The notes below the pieces were generated by a model. It ran no database searches. It saw nothing but the letters and a program-made list of their open reading frames with translations, and was not told the origin of the DNA. Of a stretch of DNA of 64,000 nt, positions 50,274 through 63,664 are shown piece after piece. The stretch is from Eledone cirrhosa (taxonomy: Eukaryota). The stretch lies in assembly GCA_964016885.1 (NCBI GenBank), contig OZ024744.1, forward strand, positions 60,698,001-60,762,000, read 5' to 3'. The position numbers and the translations under genes were made by a program. The number at the start of each line of letters is the position of its first letter. The stretch's first letter is position 1.

Positions 50274-53200
50274 TCACAACACCTCTATGTAGACCACATT
50301 TTTTGTTCTGTCTTTGGGCGCAAGTATGAATAAGTTCTGCTTGCATCTCACTCTTGAGCATACGACGTATAATTGGCCGTGTGAGAAGCACGGCTGGGCT
50401 AAATGCAGGCCTGCCGTTGATAGTGTTTGGCCTTGGGACTTGTTGATTGACATCGCGAAGCAAAGTTTAACGGGGAATTGAAGTCGGCGCAGAGTACAGG
50501 GGCATTCCGTACCTGATGGGGTTAATGGTATTCTGGGTATGAAGACGTTTTCTCCAGCACCGCAGCCCGTGAGAATTGTGGCTTCAATTACATGCGGCAG
50601 GAGGTTTCTTACACTAACCGTATTCCGTTGCAGAGACGTGGTGGTTCCAGGTTCCTCAACAGCATGACTGGAGTTCCAACTTTGACGCGCAGTTCATGAG
50701 GTGGCAGTCCAGAGAGGTCCGAGGAATTGAGGAATTCTGTTGGAAAATCGTCAACCTCATCTTTGTCCACCACTTTGAACACAGAGTTGTAGGTACGGAG
50801 GTTTCCAGGAATGCGTTGCAGAAGGTCCTCATTGATTTTTGCAACTGAGACATTTTTGAGAGCCAATATGGCTCTATCGCATAACCAACTCGTGTTTTTG
50901 TAGTTGGTCGCCATATCGGGAAAGGCAGAGGCTGTGAGGTCGTCGACAGTGTCGACAACGGTGCCTACTTGCGAGACTGCCATTTCTCCAGCTGCATCTG
51001 AAGGTGCAGTGCCGTCACCAACTGTTAAGAGGTCATTTGAGAAGTCGGCTGCTGAGTGGTCGCCGAGCAGTTGGTCTCTCATGTTTGTTGTGAGGGTCAG
51101 GATTGTCACTTCCTGCCACAGGGGAGATGACTTAATGCAAGCCCCCACAGTGTCGGCCCTGGTGGCTTTTGGAACAACTGGAAGAGTTTGTCGAAAATCG
51201 CCAGACAGCAGTAGAGGTACTCCTCTCATCAGCCGGTTGCATTCCCTGATGTCTCGAGGGTCCTGTCTAACGCATCAAGGGACTATTTATGGGCCATTGT
51301 GCATTCGTCCCACACAATTAGGTGGCATCTTTTCAAGACTTCAGCTTTGTCAGAGTCCTTGGTGATGTTGCAGGTTATTGTGTCGTCTGAAGTCGTGTTG
51401 AATGACAGTTTAAATGCGGAATGATCTGTCCTACCTCCAGAAGAAGCCACAGCCAAGGCGATTCCTTTCTGCTGTCGCACTTTGGCGATGAGGAGTTTAT
51501 TGACGAATGTTTTACCAGTTCCTCCTTGGGCGTCCAAAAAGAAGATACCTCCTCTGCGTTGACGAATGGAAGTGCAAACTGTGTCATACGCCTGCCGTTG
51601 GGCCCGCAACAATTTCGGCTCGTTTTCGTTGATGAACAGTTCGAGGGCGTGGACGTCATAGGAAGTTTCCTGAATTATGCCCGTTGGAAGTTTGTCGGAG
51701 CCCGTTCGCTGAACTTTTGGCAGTCCATAGAATGGAAGGTCATTTCCGCCAGCAGTTAGGATTTTGTCCTCGATGTCAATGAGAGCTTTGTTGAATAATT
51801 CGTCGCTGAGTCGTACGTCGGAATGAGGAAGTAGCAGTTGTCCTTGGTGTATGTAGTCATCGGAAAGGTTCTCTTTGTATTTGTCCAATAAGGATGCAGG
51901 GTCACTTAACTCGCATGTCTGCAGTAGCACCGCAAAGAGTTGCCGAAGAGTTCGCACTGAGCGTATTGTAGCTGCCTCCGCCAATTTCGCATCCCACTGT
52001 GCGCCATCTTCCAGTAGACCCCGTCTAAGGCAGACTGCGCGGAATGAAGTACAAAGCTCCCCGTTGATTGTTTTCAGATCGTCGAAAGATGTCGGTCCTA
52101 CCACGTCATGCAGTAGAAGACGGAGATAAAAGCATTCCTGTTGGTTAGGATGAAATGTGTGCACTCTCCCAAGGGTAGGGGACATTTTAATGTCTGGATG
52201 TCCCTCGACGGGTTGTCCTTTCACCCTTCTTAACCAAATTCTGTTGTCTGTGTTCCATGTGTAGTATGATGGCACCTGAGAGTAGAAGATGATCTTGGCG
52301 AAGGGATCGTTTCGGCATAACTTAAAAAATGCAGTAAGTGTGGTGTCCTTGGGTTCCTCTGCTATCTCAGCAGCGATGGAGGCGGTGAAGTAGACTCTTT
52401 GACCGTTTTCAAGGTGTACCGGCAACTGTTTGATTAGGGGGGGGGGCTAGTTATGGTGTATTGCAAAGTGGAAGAATCGCCAGAACGCTTCATTGCTGCT
52501 GATGTATCGGCCGACCTGGTATCGAGTTACTTCGTCTCGGTTGTTCTCCATTGTAAGACAAAAGGACGCAGCATCGGACCCCTTATTGATATACTTGCAG
52601 ACGTACTTTATCGATTTGACGGAGTATTCAACGTTAATGTGGGCGTTAAACAATTTAAGCAGAAGTGGACAGTCGGGTACAATCCACCGGTTGTCGACGT
52701 TGTGATGTGGTGTTTTCGCAACAATTCCTCCGTCCGCTGGCTCCCTGCGACGGTATAATGGATAACCGTCGCCACCTGTCCGAGTTTCTCGGAGGAATGG
52801 CCTAGGATACCTCTTGGTGCACCTTCTTTCTTTAATGCATGGAGAATTCATGTTGAAACCGTTTCCGCATGGCCCATGAACCATGTGAGCAGTGACGATG
52901 TTGTGGAGTTCTCTGTCCAATTTTGGGTCGGGTATTTCTGCTGAAATGATACTGTCAATGCTGCTTGCGTTGATTTTCGTTATCAGCCAAATGAGTAGGT
53001 GAGCGTGTGGCAGGCCTTTCTTTTGCCACTCAACAGTGTATACGTAGCACCTAACAGGTCCAAAGGCCTTACCTGATTTTAGGAGTTCAATAAGTTTTGT
53101 CAACTTCAAGTGAAAGACTCGTGCCATAAGATTGTGTCTGTCTGTCGCCCTTTATCCGGGGAATAATTCCGCGGTAATTTCATTCCACTTAGGGTTGCAT

Positions 53201-54797
53201 GTTGAAGTGATGAAGAGATCCGGTCTGCCGTAGAGACGCACGTACGTCATAGCATCCTGTGTGCGTTCACTCATGTATCGGGGACTCCCAATGAAGGTCC
53301 ACGGAAGGATACAATGTTTTCCTAGGTTCTCTGGATCGATGTCATTCCTTACTCCATCCCGTAAGTGAATGTAGCTGTCCGAACGAAGGCGCATGCGTCT
53401 ACAGCAAACTGGTTGAAGAGTACTCTTGCACGGTGGAGTTGGTTAAAGCAGCATTCGCGGACCATGAATCGGTAGGTGTAGAATTGCATAGAGGAAACAG
53501 TTTTGTTGCTGTTGCACAAAGGAATTCCAAAGTGGTATCCGTCGTCACCGAATGAGAAAGGTAGGGGATATTGGAATGCGTCGTAAGACCTATGCGTCTC
53601 GCTGATCCGTTGCAAACTATTGTCCCTACACTGAAGTATGATGCCCCGCTTGTTGTACTGTTCTCCATGAAGAAGCACAGCTATTTCATTGCACGTGGGA
53701 GTGTTAAAACGTCTGGCGTGGGTGCCTGGTGGTTTCCTGTCAGCGTCGATTATAACAGCAAAATTTGGCAACGGAGCAGCCTCCAATGCGCGTTTAAAAC
53801 TGCGAATGTAGTTGTTGTTTTCGTGCAACATTCTCTGGAGTTGCAACAGAATTTTCATCTCTGTGCCAGGCGAAATTGAAGCGCGTCGTTCCGCTTGGTC
53901 CAAATAGTCAGTGACAAAGTATAGCTGTAGGAACTGGGGCTCTCCGTCTGTCGTGGGCAGTAGCGAACCGATTCTGTGGTAAATTTGTCCTTGAACTTTA
54001 AAGGTAGGCATGAAGCCGTCCTCGCGTATGATGTTAGCTCCGAAAGGGGTCATTTGGAAGGCAGCGTTGTATCTCCTGGAACATCGAAGGAAGTGTTCCG
54101 ACTCCGCTGTGGCACCGGTCAGTAGAGACTTCAAAGGTTGTGGTGGTTCCTGTAGAGGAGGCAGTTTCACTTTGCCTACAGAGCAGCACATCCCTGAAGT
54201 CTCCCCAGGCCATTTTTTCCCCCGACAATATTGGCAAATGACAGACATGGATCCAATCTGAACTTCTGGCATCAGTGCATAGTTTACTGTTGGGTCATAG
54301 TGGAAAGCCTTATGAGACCACTGAGTGCAACTGATCCTCTGTGTGCCTCGTTTAGCCTTTGTAATTGAATTTGCACAGTCTCTGATGCGCGAACGGAAGC
54401 TGTTGAAGCGGCGTCCGTACGTTGACGTCTGGAACGCTGCCCTTCGTCCTCGGCAGCACGTAACTCAGCAGTTGAGGCGGCATCTCTTCGTCGTCGACTG
54501 TAACGGTGTTCTTCGTCCTCACCGTCACGTGCCGCAGTGGTGGAGGCCGCATTTTTGCTTCGTCGTCGAGAATGTTGTTAATCAGTTTGCGCTGCACGTG
54601 CAACTGCAGTTACAAATGCATTTCCGGAAAGGCGGATGCTCCTCTTTTTTTCTGTCTCGGTTGCCTGGGTAATTGCATTTCGAGTTTTGTGACAACCGAG
54701 TTAATTTTTCTACGGACAACTCTGTAGCTCTTCTTCGTTTGGCAGAAGAAGCAGCTTTAGTTTGGCGACTAAGTCGTGGTCTTTTTGGGGGTGGCAT
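50274..54797 (-). pseudogene. Helitron RepHel (HUH Rep and Pif1 helicase), several frameshifts
   Basis: YGRPDLFIT.TCNPKW, VEWQKKGLPHAHLLIW (HUH), SIKYVCKYINKG (Y2), DAQGGTGKTF, IVWDECTM, GDFRQTLPV, ..VVYIEVL*. Confidence 0.93.
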
Positions 54798-55427
54798 GAC
54801 CGCAGATTCAAAGAATGTGTTTGGTAGCGAAAATTTTCAAATGAACTTTGAATTAGTTTAAAGTGAGTACTATATTGTAGCAGGACCGAACACGTAAATA
54901 TTTATGCAGGTAATAGAGCATGAAAGGGGGACTAGCCAACACTTTCAATTGAACGGTGAGTAAGTGGAAAGTGAGTACTAAGTAAGATCTATGAAGAATG
55001 CACGTCAAATAATAGGTCAAACCTGTAAGCCAAGCCTGTCTGAGTTATAGCACAAAAGAACGTAAACAGGGGCGTTATTTTGGAACACACTGGAAAATAA
55101 ATCATCGAAATCGGGCGTTCGTTAAAAAAGTTTTCTCATTAATTTTTTGTCTCATATTGAGAAAAACAAAGAAAGAAAAATTACAAAAAGGACAACAATA
55201 AAATATAATGTCTTTGTTGAGATTCAAGTAAATGAACGCTTAAGCGTCGTTATTCTTACGTTTGTGTTTTATAAATTCATCTGTTGCTTTTGAATATTTG
55301 TTATTTAATGTAAAATATAACGCTGAGAGAACAGTATGTATTTAGTGTTATCGGCTTTTTAAATTTTGATATTTGATGTATGACAAACGAAGAGGGTGAA
55401 GATTTGTCGTTGTTCTAAACTGTAATG

Positions 55428-55951
55428 GAGACGGAGGCAGTAACCTTTTAAAGAGAGTTGCAGAGGAGATTGAGGGTAGTGAGAGGAATGAAGCGTGTAA
55501 GAGAGAGGGTTATCAAAGTTGCGTCACGTTCCTTCAGAGACGGAGGCAGTAACCTTTTAAAGAGAGTTGCAGAGGAGATTGAGGGTAGTGAGGGGAATGA
55601 AGCGTGTAAGAGAGAGGGTTATCAAAGTTTGTGTTGCGTTCCTTCAAAGACGGAGGCAGTAACCTTTTAAAGAGAGTTGCAGAGCAGATTGAGGGTAGTG
55701 AGAGGAATGAAGCGTGTAAGAGAGAGGGTTATCAAAGTTTGTGTCGCGTTCCTTCAGAGACGGATGCAGTAACCTTTTAAAGAGAGTTGCGGAGGAGATT
55801 GAGGGTAGTGAGAGGAATGAAGCGTGTAAGAGACAGGGTTATCAAAGTTTGTGTCGCGTTCCTTCAGAGACGGATGCAGTAACCTTTTAAAGAGAGTTGC
55901 GGAGGAGATTGAGGGTAGTGAGAGGAATGAAGCGTGTAAGAGAGAGGGTTA
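55428..55951. repeat. 110-bp tandem repeat, about 4.8 copies, inside the Helitron 2 5' region
   Basis: GAGACGGAGGCAGTAACCTTTTAAAGAGAGTTGC...GTTCCTTCA units. Confidence 0.95.
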
Positions 55952-56128
55952 CAGCGTGTATTTAGTTTTATACATTTTTTTCATAGAAGCAGGAAACTTT
56001 TGGCAAAAGTAATTACGCGTTGACCTGCCCTGGTAAATTTTGGGCACATTGGAAAATAAATCTTCAAAATCGGTAGAGAAATGTGGAAATGCATAAAAAT
56101 CATACACACACACAGACAGACATCTACC

Positions 56129-56164
<36 letters not shown>

Positions 56165-56167
<3 letters not shown>

Positions 56168-58267
56168 GGACTGCCAACAACTTCCAGGCCTGGAACAATG
56201 ACGTGCCAGCGTTGTATGGGCTTCGAAAAGACCATAAGACGAACAGTGACCCAGTCACAGGACCACCAACACGGCCAGTCTGTGGAGCTAACATTGCTAG
56301 TAACTACACACTTTCCTACTTCCTCTCCCTGATCATACGCCCCATCATTGAAATGTCCCCGGATATATGTGACAGCACGGAGGACCTCCTCAGCAGAATC
56401 AGCGAAAATAACCGATCTAGGGACCTAACAGGCTGTATAATAGGTAGTATGGGTGTTGTGTCCCTATATCCATCCATTGACGTGGATTTTGCTGTAGAGA
56501 AATCGTAGAAATGATCAGTGAGAGCAATGTTGAATTCCATGGGATTGATACCATTGAGCTGGGACTCCTATTTAAACTTACCTATAGTAATAATTATCTA
56601 GATACGTATGACCTTAGCAACCTCTGCCCCCACAAGGCCAGCAAGAGGTAGACCACCTACCATTACCTCAATGGCCAAGAAAACCCACACAGAAAGATGG
56701 AACGGGTAGACCAGAGCCATGCGAACCCCCGAAAACCATGATGAACTAAAGAAAATGATTGCACATGCGGTGGGGGCCAGTATAAAACTAACCCTTAAGG
56801 AACATATGTTCAAATTTAATGGAAAACATATGCCCAAGAGGAGGGAGCAGCCATTGGTGTTAGCATTGCAGGTGACATAGCTAACCTATTCATGGTATGG
56901 TGGGACAATAAACTTAAACAACAATTAGAAAACAGCAACCTCTTAACCTGATAATGAACTCCCGCTACGTTGATGATATAAACATTGTAGTAAAAACACC
57001 CCAACTAGAGAACAGTCAAGAATTAGAGAAATACACCATGGAAAGCATCCAGCAAATAGCTAACTCCATCCACCAGAGTATTAGAGTTACTATAGACTAC
57101 CCAAGCAAACACCCCAACCAGAGTATATAGAGGAGCCAGAACCAAATGGGAAAAAATGGTAAATAATGATACAAATGGGACCTGTTCCTTGTATAGGAGC
57201 AAATTTTGGAATAGAATAGAAAGAACTAGGAATAAGGTTAATAGAATAAACTCATGGTATGATAGCAATAAATACCAGAGTGTAATGTTCATCAATACAA
57301 CCCCTAGAGGTGAACTAGCTTACAAATTTAGAAGGGCCCTAGATAAACTTAAACTAAATATTAAGATAGTAGAAAGACCAGGTACCTCCATAAAAACACT
57401 TATTAGTAATACATACCCTTTTCAAAGACCTCCCTGTATAGATAAGAAATGCATAATCTGTAAAATAAGCCCCCATATTAACTGTAAAACTAGAAACATA
57501 GTATATAGCATAAGATGTACTGAAGGACAATGTAAAGATAAGAATATAGTGTACATAGGTGAGACAGCTCGTAGTATTGGAGAACGATTAAATGAACACT
57601 GGCGAGAGCTTCAAGATAGAAAAGAATCATCAGTACTCCACCAACATGCTAAAATAGAACATAAGGGCAAATTAGAGAACAATGAAATAAAAATAAAATC
57701 TACACACATAAAAGACGCAATGTTTAGACAAATCACAAAGGCAATAAACATAAATGAACTCCAACCAAAATTAAATAGAAAACATGAATGGAATAGCAAC
57801 ATCACAACTTACAATTAAGGACAAAATGAAAACACACACACATAGAACAAACAACCAACCAGTAACATGTAAATAAACAAATAAATAAACAAATAAAAAC
57901 ACACACAGACACCCGGATGTAACACATGCGCAAACTAAGCACACAACACACACAAAAACAAGATGGCGTAGGACAGAACAAAGGAGAGGCACAAAAGAAA
58001 GAAAAGAATCCCCTGTCACTGATGAGGTCACAGAATGTGTGACGAAAGAACTTTGACAATATATGAACAACCGTCCGGTTGTGGAACCAACCAACCAACC
58101 GGAAATTTATAAATTTTTAAATTTATAATTTAATTTATAATAAATTGGAGTGAAAAGCAACTGGTGCGTGTGTTTCTTATTGGCAACATGACCCTCCCAA
58201 AGCATAAAAATATCGGTTTCAACACATGTTTTCAGATAAAGAATCTTGTTAAACAAATTCAAAAACG

Positions 58268-58270
<3 letters not shown>
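56165..58270 (+). mobile_element. PLE family A, longest copy (RT with stops and internal deletion, EN, pLTR with hammerhead 58015-58057)
   Basis: YGLRKDHK..TRPVCGA, IIGSMGVVSLYPSI, AAIGVSIAGDIANLFMVWWD, RYVDD; EN ORF 57156..57818; (TA)n at both ends. Confidence 0.9.
57156..57818 (+). CDS. PLE linker and GIY-YIG endonuclease
   Basis: CIDKKCIIC..CKTRNIVYSIRC..VYIGETARSIGERLNEH..H..H..QPKLN. Confidence 0.88.
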   Translation: MVNNDTNGTCSLYRSKFWNRIERTRNKVNRINSWYDSNKYQSVMFINTTPRGELAYKFRRALDKLKLNIKIVERPGTSIKTLISNTYPFQRPPCIDKKCIICKISPHINCKTRNIVYSIRCTEGQCKDKNIVYIGETARSIGERLNEHWRELQDRKESSVLHQHAKIEHKGKLENNEIKIKSTHIKDAMFRQITKAININELQPKLNRKHEWNSNITTYN

Positions 58271-58299
<29 letters not shown>

Positions 58300-58301
<2 letters not shown>

Positions 58302-58491
58302 CGAAGGAATTGTGGTAAGGAACCAGATAGACCATAACGCACCAGAGTACTCAATACTTAGGGTAGTAGAGTGGGTAATAGGAAAAAGTATGACCCCGAC
58401 GGCAGAGCTCAAGCCGTTTCGACGGCTATTTCTAGTCCAGAAATAGCCGTCGAAACGGCTTGCGCTCTGCCGTCGGGGTCATACTTTTTCC

Positions 58492-58494
<3 letters not shown>
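58300..58494 (-). repeat. Family C element with fold-back palindrome (58378-58494)
   Basis: About 56-bp arms, loop AGTCC; TA on both sides. Confidence 0.85.
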
Positions 58495-58527
<33 letters not shown>

Positions 58528-59022
58528 GCCTTGTAAATTACACAGACCAGCATGTTACAAACATACACACGTTATCACCGCCACCACTACCTCCCACTCT
58601 CCTGCAATCCTCACCACCAACAACAACAATGATATTATTACCACCACCACCACCAGCAAAAACACCATCACTATCACTAACATCACCACTATCACCAGTG
58701 TCACTACCTCAACCGCTGACTCCGTTTGCTCATCGTCATTGCCAACACCAACACTAGCAATAGTAACAAAAATAATAATAACAGCTATCACAACAATAAT
58801 CATAACAAAAGGATAACTATAACAAAATGAAAAAATAACAAAATCTTTAAAGAAAAAAAAAAGTCAAAAGCGACTATGTCAGCACAAGTTTGGCTGTGTG
58901 TGTGTACTCGTAATGTGTTTACATGTGTGGACATGAAATTCTATTCATATCATACATGCCCACACAAACACATACATACTTAAATAAATACATACACATG
59001 TGTATGTATGTATGTGTGTGTG

Positions 59023-59059
<37 letters not shown>

Positions 59060-60560
59060 TAACACCTTCACTCCACCCCTCATCTGACCACCCTTCCCCA
59101 ACTAACATACTAACATCCCTCCCTTCCCCCCCCCCCCCCTTATCACACGCACACACCCACCGGCACATATATACACGCGCTCACACTAAACACACACCCT
59201 ACTACCACCACTAACCCTCACCCCCACACCTCCATCCCACCACCCCGCAACTAACCCCACTAACACCCCTAACCCCAAGCACACGAACACACGCACCCAC
59301 TTACACCACCCACCCCACACGCAACTAACATCACTAACACCCCCCCAACCCCACGCACACGTACCCACACACCCTCGTACACCATCAACTCTACACACCC
59401 CACCACCACTAACCCCCACTCACACCTGCATTCAACCCCTCCCCACCTCCCGTATACTAACACCCACTAACACCCCTTCATCAAACTACACACACACCAG
59501 TACACCACACTCCCTCCATAGAACCACACACACCCTTCTCTCCCCGCTCCACCCACACCCTCGCTCCACACTCACTCATCCCACTAACACCTCTACTAAT
59601 ACACACACACACACCCTCCTCACTCCAACTTTCACACCTACCCATCCTCGCCCCTTTACCATTCCACCGACTGCTGCTATGCCCTCTGACCACCTCCCAG
59701 CACAAACAGACACACAGCACTCCCACTGCTTGACCACTTCCTGTTGCGCGCGCACCCCCACATCTCTCCTCTTCCGACCATCGCTTCATGGAATACCCGC
59801 ACGCAGAAATTGATCAACCCAGAATCCACTAAACACCTTTGGAATTTACCTACTTTTCAACCATCCTCTTACGTAATCACCTATATAACTCACCCACACA
59901 CACACACCCAAAAAATGTTTTTCTCCCACACGCCACCTACACCCACAACACGCTTAAACCCCATACACACGTGCTTTCCACCACATATTTACACCCTCAG
60001 CCTCCTGATTCCTCTCCCCCCCTCTATCCACACACGCACAGACACTCCGACCCCCCCCCCACACCTCTTCCTGAACATGCAACCCCGTTCTTCCCCAACC
60101 CTTACTTTCACATACACACACACACACGTACACCTACACACACACACCACCTTCAGCCCTCCCCGCTCGGACACCCCGTCTCCCTCTCCCCACTCCACCC
60201 GCCACCACCCCTACTCACCCCACACCCTTCCACCACCTGTTTTACCCTCCTTTTAATTTCAGTTTATTTTGATCATGCTTTTATATTTAAATTTATTTCA
60301 TTCCTTGTATTTTGATCATGCTTTATTTTTATTTTTATCTTTATTTTTTTATTTTTTCATTCGCACCGTTTCCTTTCGCTATATGTCTCTCCACCACTCC
60401 CCTACGCACCCTTTGAACTCTGTTCCCACACACTTCTCACCTGAGGAAGGGCTTATGCCCGAAACGTCGTCCCCCACCAACACCCCACTCTCCAGAGCGT
60501 GAAATTAATAAACATTCGTTGTACTGCCTCTCTGTTTTGTCCCTGTTCAAATTTTTCCAT
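59060..60560 (+). mobile_element. C/A-rich low-complexity region ending in a pLTR-like tail with minimal hammerhead (60438-60470)
   Basis: CTGAGGA-agggc-ttat-gccc-GAAACGTC, then AATAAA and (TA)n; stem I weak. Confidence 0.5.
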
Positions 60561-60622
60561 TATATATATATATATATACATACGATATTAATAAATGGAA
60601 ACTATATTTATAAAACCATATT

Positions 60623-60687
60623 TATTTCATTATACATATTTCGGGGATACCACATTAAATTATGGTATGCCTTCATCAGACAAAATA
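60623..60687 (-). ncRNA. Type I hammerhead (family B)
   Basis: tattttgt-CTGATGA-aggcataccat..gtggtatcccc-GAAA-tatgta-TA-atgaaata. Confidence 0.72.
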
Positions 60688-60759
60688 CAATATATAACAG
60701 TTTTACAAATAGGTTTGACGTACCCTTTTAAAATACAACCATTACTTTTGTATATATAT

Positions 60760-61600
60760 ATAGGTATTGAAGTTTCCGTTGAAAATTGAATAAGTCATAG
60801 GAGTGAAGAGTGCTCTATGTAAGTACCAGAGCAAAATTTAATGTATAATAAACAATACAATATAATTACCTCATTACCAGAGGTTTCCCGAATAAGACGA
60901 ATACGAAAAAAACGTCCTCATTCGTTCGTCGGACAAGGTAATATAAAAAAAACATAGTGAAATATTTGGAAAATCTCCTCAAGAAATGCAAAAACTATAT
61001 AAATAAAAGTAATGCAAGAGAAATATAAAAAAATATATTAAAAAATATAAAGAAATATAGTTAGGTATGTGTATATGTATGTATATACACTCACAAATGT
61101 ATATATGTGTGTATGTACAAATGCATGTGTATGGTGAAAATGTGTGCGTAAGTACATATATGAGGGCAAGTATATTTGTGTATATGTGATCACAAATACG
61201 GATATAATATGAGTTGAAAAAGAAAATGATAATATAGTTGACACGCATCCAGATACAGGTATTAAATACACATACGAGTATAAAAGCACGCGTATAAACA
61301 CACACGCGCGCGCGCGCGCGCGGTCACTTATATGCGGAAGATAAAGAGGGAAGGGAGTGTAATAGTAAAAAAAAATGTCATTCTCGATATATGTATAAAA
61401 ATGAAACAGTATATGAGAATGAAAAAAAATGTGAAATGAAAGAGAAAGTAATCAATTAACACTAGAGAAAAGAAAACAAACATAGGTACGCACGTACATA
61501 CACAGATATCTATAAAAAACATATCTATAAAAAATATTTATACACACAAATACGTACAGACAAAAGCGCATGCATGCGTACATACATACACACGAGGCAC

Positions 61601-61674
<74 letters not shown>

Positions 61675-62512
61675 CCCCATGTATATCTAATCACACGTAC
61701 GTACGCGACTATATATATATATATATACACATACACATACGCACCCATACATACATATACACATATACACACATGCATACACATTCACGTACATTCACCC
61801 GCTTACACACACACGTGAAAATAAGAATGTAAAAAACATAGATGTAAAAACATAGATATAAAAACACACATACACACACATATATATACACGTACGCACG
61901 CGCACATACGGAGGCGTTCGTATACATATACAGAACGTATACGCACATAAGCACACTCAGACACATAGATACAGAGTATAAAGCAGCCTTATGAATAAAT
62001 GAGTACAAATATAAAATCGGCTGTGTAACAACAGAATATATCTGGAGTGGAAAACGCAAGTGAAAAGTGAAATCAGGTAGTGAAAGAAAATGGGGAAGTA
62101 AAATGTGGAATGTGAAGATATTAGGTAAGTGAATCGAAGAGTGGGGGGGGGGGGGGGGGTTACTGGTGGATGTGAAGTAAAAATAAAAATAAAATTAAAG
62201 ATAAAGTTAAAAATGAAAGTAAATCAGAAAGAGAAGTCTGTAAAGAGAATAATTTAAGGAAAGTGAAGAATAAGAGCTTATGGAGGATAAGTATCTGAAA
62301 GTGAGTTAAGTTTATATGAGCTGGAAAGCAAGTGTGATTTTATGTGTGGGCAACTGGTGAAATTTTCTGTTTTTGTATTTAGGCAGGTTTTTGGTGATTT
62401 AAGGTTTTGTAAAATCCAATATTTTTCACTTATGCAGAGTGTGCATCTTCTTGTTCCTCTTGCATATTCTTTAGATTGGTTCAAAATTGACCAATCCAAA
62501 ATTGACCACTCT
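60760..62512 (-). mobile_element. 5'-truncated PLE (same family as 35848) with long 3' UTR and variant hammerhead (60865-60942, core CCGACGA)
   Basis: WSILNQSKEYARGTRRCTLCISEKYWIL..SCPH; stem I attaccttgt/atgaggtaat; GAAACC-tct-GGTA. Confidence 0.8.
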
Positions 62513-62534
62513 ATTATATATATATATATATATA

Positions 62535-63112
62535 TTTCGTTTCTGAATTTGTTTAGCAAGATTCTTTATCTGAAATCGTGTGTTGAAACCGATATTGTTA
62601 TACTTTGGGAGGGTCATGTTGCCAATAAGAAACACACGCACCAGTTGCTTTCACTTCAATTTAATTTATTATATATTTATAAATTTACAAATTTATAAAT
62701 TTCTGGTTGGTTGGTTGGTTCCACAACCAGATATTTGTTTATATATATATATAGTCATAGTTCTTTCGTCACACACTCTGTGACCTCTTCAGTGACTGGG
62801 GATTTCTTTCTTCGTTTCTGTGCCTTTCCTTTCTTCTATCCTACGCCATTTACAAAATGGCGTAGGATAGAAGAAAGGAAAGGCACAGAAACGAAGAAAG
62901 AAATCCCCAGTCACTGAAGAGGTCACAGAGTGTGTGACGAAAGAACTATGACTATATATATATAAACAAATATCTGGTTGTGGAACCAACCAACCAACCA
63001 GAAATTTATAAATTTGTAAATTTATAAATATATAATAAATTAAATTGAAGTGAAAGCAACTGGTGCGTGTGTTTCTTATTGGCAACATAACCCTCCCAAA
63101 GTATAACAATAT
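62535..63112. mobile_element. Palindromic pair of family A pLTRs (arms 62592-62851 / 62855-63112), each with a hammerhead (62754-62796 minus, 62910-62952 plus)
   Basis: About 260-bp near-perfect arms, 3-nt spacer, (TA)n on both sides. Confidence 0.9.
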
Positions 63113-63192
63113 ATATATATATATATATATAGCCTGCTTTTAAATTCCCTTTCTGGCATATTTTAGCAGTAATATTTGGTTATCGTGTTTGA

Positions 63193-63273
63193 GCTCTACT
63201 GATGAACGACTACAACCGTGACTAACCCCACTGAAAAGTTTCGTGAAATAGTCTTTTTAAGACTATATAGAGC
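63193..63273 (+). ncRNA. Type I hammerhead with full stem III
   Basis: gctcta-CTGATGA-acga..tcgt-GAAA-tagtctt-ttt-aagacta-TA-tagagc. Confidence 0.85.
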
Positions 63274-63518
63274 ATTTGTAGTTTTTCCAAATTGAAGGAT
63301 AAGTATTTTACCTTAATTTTATTCTGAGTTAAGACTCTTTTGGTTTTTTCCCTGGATTTCACAAAATCTGTGGATAAAATTTTTGTCTTGACTTCTTTTT
63401 AATTGAGTTTGAATTATTTTCCCATATCTTACGTTAAATATTTTCCATCTTGACGTTATAGTCACTTATATATTATGAAATACTGTGGCTTCTTGCTCAC
63501 ATTAATTTCTCTATTTTC

Positions 63519-63567
<49 letters not shown>

Positions 63568-63608
63568 CGAAACATAAGTCAATTGCATGAACTCATAATC
63601 CTTTATTT

Positions 63609-63664
63609 ACTGCTATATATATTTCGATGATAACCATTGAATGGCTATGACCTCATCAGGCAGT
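63609..63664 (-). ncRNA. Type I hammerhead at the 3' end of a PLE that continues past the window end
   Basis: actgc-CTGATGA-ggtcatagccattcaatggttatcatc-GAAA-tatata-TA-gcagt; the upstream minus frame has ISYYKPQLN (EN-terminus-like). Confidence 0.8.

Larger units (their letters stand above)
50095..56140 (-). mobile_element. Helitron 2, near full length, frameshifted
   Basis: 3' hairpin CCGAGCAACGCCGGG and CTAG|T at 50095; the 5' end runs into (TA)n at about 56133. Confidence 0.92.
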
